DNA from: Candidatus Vampirococcus lugosii
GTDB lineage: Bacteria; Patescibacteriota; Gracilibacteria; Absconditabacterales; Absconditicoccaceae
Assembly: GCF_018420025.1 (NCBI RefSeq)
Contig: NZ_JAEDAM010000026.1
Span: 1-14,747, forward strand
Reading direction: 5' to 3'
Length of the DNA: 14,747 bases
The position numbers and the translations under genes are program-made. This document shows, in pieces, positions 1 through 8,393 of the stretch (its first letter is position 1; each line of letters starts with the position of its first letter). Under the pieces are notes generated by a model. That model made no database searches, was not told the DNA's origin, and worked only from the letters and a program-made list of their open reading frames with translations.

Positions 1-445
1 TATCATATTCATCTATCAATATTACTACTTGTTTTCCTGTTTTTTCATATATTTTCTCTGCTAAATATCATAAATCAAAATCATCTACAAAATCTTCTAA
101 ATTATATATTTTATCTTCTATATATATTTCTAATTTTTGTTTTATAAACTTTTCTATATCTTTAAATTCATTATAACTTGCAAAACTCATATACACTACT
201 GGATTTATTTCTTCAAAATTTCGTTTATCATAAATATATGTATTTTTGAATAATTCTTTTTCTCACATATATAAATATTTTATCATTGATAATGTCAATG
301 ATTTCCCAAATCTTCTCGGTCTAGATAAAAAATAATATTTATTACTTATCAATAAATTATGTATTGTTTTAGTTTTATCTACATAGTAACTATTTCTTGT
401 TATTAATTCTCTAAAATCTTGTATTCATATCGCTATTTTTTTCAT
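1..445 (-). CDS. AAA-ATPase-like domain protein (PF09820 / DUF1703-type predicted ATPase). N-terminal 148 codons only; the C-terminus lies beyond the left edge.
   Basis: ATG at 445 on the minus strand. Table-25 translation: MKKIAIGIQDFRELITRNSYYVDKTKTIHNLLISNKYYFLSRPRRFGKSLTLSMIKYLYMGEKELFKNTYIYDKRNFEEINPVVYMSFASYNEF...GKQVVILIDEYD, open to the window edge. IGIQDF, YYVDKT, FLSRPRRFGKS and LIDEYD are hallmark blocks of this family. There are three in-frame TGA codons, one inside the conserved IGI block. Confidence 0.8.
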
Positions 446-481
446 TTCTCTATTTTTTTTTAACATTACTAAATCTCTTTC

Positions 482-509
482 ATTATAATTTTTTCTTTAC
501 CAAAATCAA
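482..509 (-). promoter_or_regulatory. Possible sigma70-type promoter for the AAA-ATPase-like gene
   Basis: Minus strand reads TTGATT (509-504), a 16-nt spacer, then TATAAT (487-482), about 37 nt upstream of the ATG at 445. Such hexamers arise easily by chance in DNA this AT-rich. Confidence 0.25.
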
Positions 510-519
510 TATTTTTTTC

Positions 520-531
520 CCGCCCGGGCGG
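520..531. repeat. Perfect 12-bp all-GC palindrome CCGCCCGGGCGG, 4 nt beyond the leader-distal CRISPR repeat
   Basis: Read directly: tttttttc-CCGCCCGGGCGG-ttcc, then the repeat. It is the only all-GC block in this AT-rich intergenic region (446-535). It contains CCCGGG and is preceded by T7 on the plus strand. Confidence 0.9.
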
Positions 532-535
532 TTCC

Positions 536-2761
536 ATCTACAAAAGTAGAAATATTATACGAATTATAAAGTAATGTTGATGATTGCTGGACTCAGTTAT
601 CTACAAAAGTAGAAATATTATACGAATTATAAAGTTATTAATATATAAAATAGCTATTAAATCTACAAAAGTAGAAATATTATACGAATTATAAAGAATA
701 TTTTTTTGCTTTATTGCTCAAAAAATCTACAAAAGTAGAAATATTATACGAATTATAAAGATGGATGATGTTATTGATTTATTTGAATCTACAAAAGTAG
801 AAATATTATACGAATTATAAAGTATATCACTTACAAAAATGATTCATAAGCTATCTACAAAAGTAGAAATATTATACGAATTATAAAGATGTATTGAATA
901 GAATATTAGAAGAGAGAATCTACAAAAGTAGAAATATTATACGAATTATAAAGTTAACTATTAATATATATGATATGAAAGATCTACAAAAGTAGAAATA
1001 TTATACGAATTATAAAGTCATTATGCAACATTAAGTCAAATACAAGATCTACAAAAGTAGAAATATTATACGAATTATAAAGAATGCTGAATATAATCGT
1101 GGCATAGAATCTACAAAAGTAGAAATATTATACGAATTATAAAGAAACTATTTGGATAAAATGGGGCGAAGACAATCTACAAAAGTAGAAATATTATACG
1201 AATTATAAAGTTATTGAAGCTATATATTACACAAAACAGAATCTACAAAAGTAGAAATATTATACGAATTATAAAGTATCAAGTGTGATTTCTCACCTAG
1301 CTTTGATCTACAAAAGTAGAAATATTATACGAATTATAAAGATATGATTCATCATAAAAATTTTTCTTATCTACAAAAGTAGAAATATTATACGAATTAT
1401 AAAGTTGTGAATTTATGTGAAGCCGAGTTAATATCTACAAAAGTAGAAATATTATACGAATTATAAAGCATAAATACACTATAGAGAATATTATTTATCT
1501 ACAAAAGTAGAAATATTATACGAATTATAAAGACTATATCAGATAGTATTGCAGAGTTAATCTACAAAAGTAGAAATATTATACGAATTATAAAGAAATA
1601 ATTAATGATTTAATCAACTTAAATCTACAAAAGTAGAAATATTATACGAATTATAAAGTAATCAAAAGCATCCTAGTAACAGAAATACATCTACAAAAGT
1701 AGAAATATTATACGAATTATAAAGATTGACTACATTGTTGGGACTTAAATGATCTACAAAAGTAGAAATATTATACGAATTATAAAGCTGTATTAGTTAA
1801 TTCAACATCTCAAACCATCTACAAAAGTAGAAATATTATACGAATTATAAAGCAGATGAACCCGCCCAGATACTGACCCAATATCTACAAAAGTAGAAAT
1901 ATTATACGAATTATAAAGAAGAAAAAATACAAGTTCTTACAGAAGAGCTTATCTACAAAAGTAGAAATATTATACGAATTATAAAGTATAAGGTTGATGA
2001 AAGCGTCGCCAAAATCTACAAAAGTAGAAATATTATACGAATTATAAAGAATACTCCAGATATAAGAAACTATTAATCTACAAAAGTAGAAATATTATAC
2101 GAATTATAAAGATGTATTAACTGTATTAAAACAAGCAAGATCTACAAAAGTAGAAATATTATACGAATTATAAAGTCCTGTCGCATCTTGAAAAGTATAA
2201 AAATCTACAAAAGTAGAAATATTATACGAATTATAAAGCTTGGGACTGACATTTTGCATATTATAATCTACAAAAGTAGAAATATTATACGAATTATAAA
2301 GTTATGTTAATATTGGTGATGAGACAACACATCTACAAAAGTAGAAATATTATACGAATTATAAAGTTTAGGCAATGTTGTTCAATCATTATAGTAATCT
2401 ACAAAAGTAGAAATATTATACGAATTATAAAGATATTATGATACAATATGTGAAATTTATTATTATCTACAAAAGTAGAAATATTATACGAATTATAAAG
2501 TCATAAAATAAGATAAATATGCTTGGTCAATCTACAAAAGTAGAAATATTATACGAATTATAAAGGTAACTCCAACTTTACAAGCTTTATGATATATCTA
2601 CAAAAGTAGAAATATTATACGAATTATAAAGAATTAAATTTAAAATGCCAAACTGGACAAATCTACAAAAGTAGAAATATTATACGAATTATAAAGTTTG
2701 AAAATTTGTTAGTCTTGAAACAATGATCTACAAAAGTAGAAATATTATACGAATTATAAAG
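536..2761 (-). CRISPR. Type V-A (Cas12a-type) CRISPR array with 35 identical 36-bp repeats and 34 unique spacers (26-32 bp)
   Basis: The plus-strand repeat is ATCTACAAAAGTAGAAATATTATACGAATTATAAAG. The minus strand reads CTTTATAATTCGTATAATATTTCTACTTTTGTAGAT, which has the canonical Cas12a 3' handle (TCTAC-TTTT-GTAGA stem-loop plus T). Repeat starts are 536, 599, 661, 725, 787, 853, 918, 982, 1047, 1109, 1175, 1241, 1306, 1369, 1433, 1497, 1560, 1623, 1689, 1752, 1817, 1883, 1951, 2014, 2076, 2140, 2203, 2266, 2331, 2397, 2465, 2530, 2596, 2661 and 2726. The handle orientation and the adjacent cas2 both indicate minus-strand transcription, with the leader on the right (2762 onward). Confidence 0.98.
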
Positions 2762-2785
2762 ACCGATTTTGGCTTGTTTACTAGA

Positions 2786-2825
2786 GTTTCGGGAGCATAC
2801 AGATTTTTATCCGAGCTTCCGAAAC
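2786..2825 (+). other. GC-rich 11-bp stem / 18-nt loop hairpin inside the repeat-proximal leader
   Basis: GTTTCGGGAGC (2786-2796) pairs with GCTTCCGAAAC (2815-2825). As plus-strand RNA this gives 10 Watson-Crick pairs plus one G-U. As minus-strand RNA that position becomes an A-C mismatch. No U-tract follows on either strand. Confidence 0.5.
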
Positions 2826-3013
2826 CCAGTTGGACCGCCAATCCATTTTTATAAAGACTATAGGTTTGCAATTTTTTATATTTTGCATATTATTCCATAT
2901 AATCACACTTTACAATCCACATCGTTATTTCTATCTTTGTTTTTTTCTAATTCGTATTATTATATTTCATATAATATCTTTTAATGATCTTCTTATATAA
3001 TTCGTATTTATTC

Positions 3014-3041
3014 ATTATAATAATTTATTCTTATTTTGCAA
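3014..3041 (-). promoter_or_regulatory. Near-consensus sigma70-type promoter in the leader (candidate pre-crRNA promoter)
   Basis: Minus strand reads TTGCAA (3041-3036), a 16-nt spacer, then TATAAT (3019-3014). The predicted start near 3007 is about 245 nt upstream of the first repeat. The AT-rich background lowers specificity. Confidence 0.4.
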
Positions 3042-3058
3042 ACTTTTTTAATATAAAT

Positions 3059-3337
3059 CTACATAAACAATAAATCACTTTCTTCATTTACTGCATATCA
3101 ATATCTAATTACTTTCTTTTTACATCATTCACACATACCAAATATAAGAATACTATCAGTATTCTGAAATGATTTTGCAAAAATTTTTTCTACTTCTACC
3201 AAAATTAAATCTAAAATTCTTTGACTATTTTTGATCTCAAAAACTGAATATTGCAATCTCCTACCATATTTTTTTAAAAATTTGGAAAATTTTGTTCTCA
3301 CTTTATCATTACTTATATCATAAGACACTATCAACAT
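3059..3337 (-). CDS. cas2: CRISPR-associated endoribonuclease Cas2 (92 aa under table 25)
   Basis: MLIVSYDISNDKVRTKFSKFLKKYGRRLQYSVFEIKNSQRILDLILVEVEKIFAKSFQNTDSILIFGMCEGCKKKVIRYGYAVNEESDLLFM*. It has the N-terminal (V)SYDIS Asp motif and the LQYSVFE block typical of Cas2. The track ORF (3125-3337) stops at a TGA; reading it as Gly extends the protein to a normal Cas2 length, ending at TAG 3059-3061. Confidence 0.88.
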
Positions 3338-3348
3338 TTTACTTTAAT

Positions 3349-4305
3349 TTAAATACTAAAAAAATCTAATTCTTCCAAATCATCTTTTACAAATGCTCTA
3401 TAATAACTTTTACAAAACTTAAAAATTCATTCTTTATTTTCCAATATCGGTTCCAATAATAATTTTACATAATAATTTCTATTTTTCCAAGGAAGCCAGT
3501 ATTCTCCTTTTCCAAATTTAAAATCTTTTTCATTTATTTGATTCAAATTATTCATTTTTACAATTTGTTTATCTACAATACACCTAAAAGGTTCTACTAA
3601 ATCACAAACCAAAGATTTTCTTTGAAAAAACATTTGATGATAAAATCATTTATAAATATCAAATCAATAAAGATTTAAATTTGATTCTATAAAATTATAC
3701 AAAAAAGTATACCCTATATCCATAAGTAAATTTGTAGGATCAACTTTAGTCCTAGGCATTCTTTTGTACCAATTCAAATTTTTAAAATATATTTCAAAAA
3801 ATATTTTGGAAATATTTCATTCATATCATCTCAAAGAATCTTGATTTTCTGTTTTATTAAGATTTTTAATCAAAATTTTAATTTTATTTATTCATTCTTT
3901 TATTTTTTCATCTTTATTTCTAATATTTTTCAATAAAGAAAGTTGATTTTCTGCTTTATTATTTACTATTTTTTGTGAAAGCATAAGTTCTTGATCAAAA
4001 TTATATTGCTTTTGTCTTAACAAAAAATTTCATTCTAATTGATTTCATATCAAAAATTTAGGAGCAAGATTATGATTTAAGAAATAAACACTAATCCCAA
4101 ATTCTAATAATTTATTTATTAATTTAGTAGTAATAGTACAATCTCATATTACAAATAAATAAAAAATTTTGTAACAAGATGCTTGATTTACTAATTTTTC
4201 ATCTTGATAAATTGCGATATTATCATTTTTGAGTTTTAAGTTCTTAAATTCATCACTAGTAATAACAACTATTTGTTTTTCTTCAAAATCTTTATAAGAA
4301 AGCAT
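3349..4305 (-). CDS. cas1: CRISPR-associated integrase Cas1 (318 aa under table 25)
   Basis: MLSYKDFEEKQIVVITSDEF...FVIGDCTITTKLINKLLEFGISVYFLNHNLAPKFLIGN...LRGYEGNISKIFFEIYF...DPTNLLMDIGYTFLYNFIESNLNLYGFDIYKGFYHQMFFQRKSLVCDLVEPFRCIVDKQIV... The Cas1 catalytic blocks are present (GxEGN Glu, FYHQ His, DLVEPFR acidic). The track fragment 3427-3633 is in frame with the ATG at 4305. Several in-frame TGA fall at Gly-typical positions (VIGD, GYEGN, LYGFD). Confidence 0.93.
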
Positions 4306-4330
4306 TTTTGAGTTAATTATGAGTTAAAAA

Positions 4331-4879
4331 TTATTTGTAATAATCACACAATTCATTGTATATACATTTTTCACATTTTTTAAAATTTTGATTGAATTTA
4401 GAATTCAAATTAAAGTTTTGAAAATCTTTTATTAATTTTTCAAAATCTTGAATTTCTTGTTCTCAAGGAATTTTAATCTCATAATTTTTATTGTCTTGCA
4501 AAGAATGTATTTTTATTTTATTTATTTCATATCACATTTCTATCATACAAAAATATTGAGCATATACTTGCCAGATATAACCTTGATAAATTTTGACAAC
4601 TTTACTTTTTCTTTCTATTAAAGTTTTGTTAACAAAATCAAAAAGGTCTATTTTCCCAGTTAGTAGGTATTTATTTGAAAAAACAGAAATTCATTGTAAT
4701 ATATTTTTGGAAGTGCTATATTTTGCCTTATCTATATTTTCGTGATTGTGTTTACCTAGAGTTTGAGCTTTTTGATGATAATTTTTGGTATTGTATTTGG
4801 CATATAGTTCATGAAAATAAATAGATCTTGGGCAAAAGATAAAGTCGTTAAGTGTAGAAATTTTTATATAGTTTTGCAT
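4331..4879 (-). CDS. cas4: Cas4 RecB-like (PD-D/ExK) nuclease with 4-Cys Fe-S cluster motif (182 aa under table 25)
   Basis: MQNYIKISTLNDFIFCPRSIYFHELY...NILQGISVFSNKYLLTGKIDLFDFVNKTLIERKSKVVKIYQGYIWQVYAQYFCMIEMGYEINKI...KKCEKCIYNELCDYYK*. It has the N-terminal CPR Cys, GKID, IERK (ExK), QVYAQY (QxxxY) and a C-terminal CxxCxxxxxC. The track ORF 4691-4879 is its N-terminal piece, cut at a TGA. Confidence 0.9.
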
Positions 4880-4891
4880 TTTTATTTTTGG

Positions 4892-7800
4892 TTATGAATT
4901 AATTTGTTTTTTAATATATTCCATTCATTTTTTAGCTATATTGTAAGTAGCAAGATCATCTCAAGAGTTGATGAAATCAAATCAATGTCTTTTATTTTTC
5001 ATATGATAATTACAAGTATTATTTTCTGTTTTTTTCGCTTTTTTTAAGTTATTTCAATAATCAATTCAATTATTTTCTTTGTAATGATGCATTGAATTTT
5101 CAAATTTTGGTCATTTTCAATGTCAAAATAATTTTTCATTACAAACAGGACAAGCACTTGAAGTATTATATTTATTTATATATCAAATAATTCATAATTG
5201 ATCTAATTTTTTATCACTTTGAAAAGAAAAAACTTGTTTATAATTTGGAGGGACTTTTCATAGTGAAGAAAATTTTTGTAATAATTTTTCTTCTATTCTA
5301 CTTCATAAAGTTGTATTATTTTTTTCAAAATCATTTTGTTTTTTGGATAATTCAAAATCTTCAAAAAATATCATTCAAGGATATAATTCTTGCAAATATA
5401 TTATTATTCAAACCATATTAGCACAAATTGCATTTCTTAAATTATTTATTTTTAAAATAGAAATATTATTTTCATTTTCATCAAATTTATTTTTATTTAA
5501 ATATTCTTGTAATTCTTCTATAATCTCTTCCTTTGAACAAATAACATTTTCTTTATAATAATATAAAAATTCTTTTTTTTCTATACAATTTATAGTTATA
5601 TTATAATCATCATCCAAAATTTTATAATCTTTAATTTTTTTGGCATATACTAGATCATAAATTTTTCTTTTTGCTGAAGCTATTTTTAAATTTAAATATG
5701 TTGATAAATCTCAATTTAAATAGATTCTTCCATTTATAAATTTTGCTTTAGTTAAATCTATACATGAAACTTCTTTTTCATCATAAAAATCTGGATGTGT
5801 ATCAAAAGTATAATATGATAAATTTTTATAAATTGGAGTTCATTTTTCATTTGTAGCTTTTAATCATTTTTCATTTAGTTCATAAACTTTAATTTTTACT
5901 CATTTATTATTTTCTTTTGAAAAATCAAAAATTCATAAACTTACAAGTTCATTTTCTCATCTATCAAGTCAATAAAAATATTTAAAAGAATTTTCTTTAT
6001 TAAAATCTTTGTTATATTTATTATAAAAATTTAAAATTTCATCTGTTTCTTTAAAATTTAAATCAATTGATTTATTAAAAGAATTTTGTGTAATACTTGT
6101 TGTTAAAATATATCTATCATATAATTTTCTATTAAATTTCAATCAAGAATATTTTTTTTCAAAATTTTTGTCTTTTTCTATAAAACTAATTTTTATTTCT
6201 GGATTTATACGAATAGGAAATTTTTCTTTTTCATTATCTTCAGTCCAAAAATTCCACCATACTTTAGTATAATTATTTGGTTTTTCTCTTTTGAATTCTT
6301 TTTTTGTTTCTAATTTCTTTATTTCTTCTTCATCATATTTTTTTAAATCATAATTGGTAATTTTATAAAGTTTTGCTTCAAAATTTTCTATAATTTCTTG
6401 TTTTGTTTTATCTGATATAATAATTTTTTCTCTTTTATAACAAACTTTTTTTAATTCTTCTTCAAATTTTTCTAAATTTTCAAAATCTTTTTTTATAAAA
6501 TCATCAAATCAATCAAAATATTTTATAGAAATTTGTTTTTTTGTTGATTCAAGATTTAATACAGTTTTATAAAAATCTATAAGCAATTTTTCATCATTTT
6601 CTCAATTTTGTTTTTTGAATTCAAATTTATCTTTTAATTTTCATTTATTAAAAAAAATTTTATATTTATATTTACATATATTTTTATTTAAATTTTTTCT
6701 AAATGAATCGTCTACTTCTTTTCTAAATGAATTATATAAATCTTTTCTAAATGAATTATCTACTTCTTTTAATTTTCAATGTATATTTTCAACTTCTTTT
6801 CAAAAACAAAGTTTATCCAAAGCTCTTAAAGTAAATGATTCAAATTTATATAAAATCCATTCTCAATTATTTTCATTTTGTAAATTATCTATAAAATATT
6901 TTGATTGATTTAAATTTGTTTTGTATTTAGAAATCTCTTTTTTTGTATCTCTTGGAATAGTAAGTAAATATTTATTATTTTTATTTTCAAGAATTAAAGC
7001 CCAACTATTTGTTTTTTCAGCTTCAATTTTTTCTTTTTCAATTGATTTTATAAGTGCTTTTATTTTACCATATTCCGTTGCAATTTTTTTGTATTCATTA
7101 CAAAAGTTTTTAAATTTATAAAATTTAAATTTTCATTTTCTATTTCATTCAAAAAAATATTGTCATCTTTCTTTTTTTAATTCTGTTATTTTTTCAAAAA
7201 AATTTTCTTTTTCTATTTCTCAAAATTTTTCTCAAAATTCATTATTATATTTTTCTAAATTATATTTTATTTCTTCATTTTTTTGCTCTTTATTTTTTGC
7301 TTTTTTAATATTTAAAATATCTGATTTTGCTGTTGATAAAATTAAAATAGCCTTTGTTAAATCTAAAATATTTTTATATTGATCTTTATCAAAAATATCA
7401 TTATATAATGAAATATTTAAATCAATATTTTCTCATTTTGCTTTTGCTTCTAAATATTTTAAAAAATTTGATTTTTGTTCTGTTTTATATTCTTTCATTA
7501 ATTCATATGCTCTTTTTATTTCTAAATCTCAAATATCACTTGTAATATATTTACAAAATCAAGAATTTTTTATATTATATATATTAAATATGTTTTTTAT
7601 TTTTCTCTCTTTTTTATTAAAATAAGTAAATTCATTTAATTTTTTATTATTTTCTTTTTCTTTTTCTAATATATTTTTGTCATAATTTTTGGGTTTTTTG
7701 TTTACGGTAAAATAATTAAAACTTGCTTTTTCAATTACTTGTCATGAATTTTTTGGCAAAAGATGTTTTTCAATATTTATAATTAATTTTTCTGTTTTTT

Positions 7801-8368
7801 TAATTTTTTCTTTTATATCATTAATTTTTTTTGATATTTCTGCTTCTTCTATATTTATATTATTAAATAATTCTTTTAAAAAATTAAAATTTGTTATTTT
7901 TGAAATTTGATAAAAAAAATAATTCAAATCTGAATTTCTGGCTTTATCTTCTTGATTTCTAAATCATAAATTTTTAATTTTTCCTAAAAAAAAATTATTA
8001 TCATTTTCAAAACTTTTAAATCTATCTAATAGATAATCTAATTTTTTACTTTCTCAAATTTCAATTTGATTATTTCATTTTTTAAGAAATATAATATTTT
8101 TATCATAAAATTCTCTTTTTGTATAATTTTTTAAAAAACTAAATTTTATTTTTAATTTTTTATTTAATTTTTCTTTATTAAAATTAAAAACTATTTCTGG
8201 AAAAATTGAAAGTATTTTTTCATAAATTTCAACAAATTTTTTTAAATTTTCATCTAAATTTCATTCATATTTTGGTTTAATTAATTCTTCATCAAAATAA
8301 GGCTTTAACTCAAACCTAACTGTTTTATTTACCTCATACAAATTTTGTAAATTTTTTATATTTGTCAT
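4892..8368 (-). CDS. cas12a2: Second type V effector: a divergent Cas12a-derived nuclease of 1158 aa with a Cas12a2-like architecture
   Basis: It is continuous under table 25 (3477 nt), and track fragments 7742-7927 and 5408-5617 are in frame. The N-terminus MTNIKNLQNLYEVNKTVRFELKP parallels the Cas12a NLYxxSKTLRFELKP. Other Cas12a-like blocks are SWALILENKNNKYLLTIPRD, LYKITNYDL and NRKLYDRYILTTSIT. RuvC-I is YFYGLDRGENELV (D802), RuvC-II is GMIFFEDFE (E1003) and RuvC-III is SGDDLATYNIAKKG (D1137). The RuvC-I to RuvC-II distance is 201 aa, against 85 aa in the adjacent Cas12a. The RuvC-II to RuvC-III distance is 134 aa, against 239 aa. That shorter region holds only ACPVCNEKLFGHGKG...NTCNYHMKN (CxxC...CxxH). 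The family call (Cas12) is strong; the Cas12a2 assignment rests on architecture only. Confidence 0.8.
6695..6766 (-). repeat. In-frame 3 x 24-nt tandem repeat inside the second effector gene
   Basis: The plus-strand units are TTTTCTAAATGAATCGTCTACTTC, TTTTCTAAATGAATTATATAAATC and TTTTCTAAATGAATTATCTACTTC (6695-6718, 6719-6742, 6743-6766). They encode EVDNSFRK-DLYNSFRK-EVDDSFRK (residues ~535-558). Confidence 0.9.
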
Positions 8369-8393
8369 AATAATATTTTAATTAATTAAAAAT

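Larger units (their letters stand above)
2762..3058 (-). promoter_or_regulatory. CRISPR leader (cas2 stop to first repeat)
   Basis: Non-coding interval between the cas2 stop (3059-3061) and the leader-proximal repeat (ends 2761). It contains a promoter-like element, two inverted partial repeat copies and a comparatively GC-rich block at 2762-2845. Confidence 0.8.

Noticed and set aside
520-531. The GC palindrome as a rho-independent terminator of the array
   Set aside because: A perfect palindrome leaves at best a 4-bp stem with a 4-nt loop. The T-run precedes rather than follows it on the plus strand, and an A-run follows it on the minus strand.
536-2761. Array transcribed on the plus strand with its leader at 446-535
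   Set aside because: The conserved Cas12a handle (TCTAC-loop-GTAGAT immediately 5' of the spacer) only exists on the minus strand, and the cas operon is on the same strand with cas2 adjacent to 2762.
2849-2856. TTATAAAG (identical to the last 8 nt of the plus-strand repeat) as a degenerate leader-proximal repeat
   Set aside because: An all-AT-plus-one-G octamer is expected by chance in this composition, and the preceding 28 nt show no similarity to the repeat.
2769-2984. 71-aa plus-strand ORF in the CRISPR leader
   Set aside because: It starts at a non-ATG codon, is low-complexity (Phe/Tyr/Ile/Ser-rich), has no recognisable motif, and lies in the leader where non-coding function is expected.
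2762-3058. A tracrRNA gene in the leader
   Set aside because: Cas12a and Cas12a2 systems are tracrRNA-independent. The anti-repeat-like matches are only 9-12 nt and target the repeat segment that is removed during processing. I report them as an oddity, not as a tracrRNA.
3057-3070. ATCTACATAAACAA as a degenerate 36th repeat
   Set aside because: Only the first 7 nt match the repeat. It overlaps the cas2 stop codon and lies ~300 bp from the array with no spacer-length phasing.
5343-7545. Plus-strand track ORFs 5343-5558, 6615-6908, 6921-7121 and 7354-7545
   Set aside because: They are antisense to the continuous second-effector CDS. Their Phe/Leu/Ile/Ser-rich low-complexity translations are typical of the reverse strand of Lys/Asn/Glu-rich AT-rich genes.
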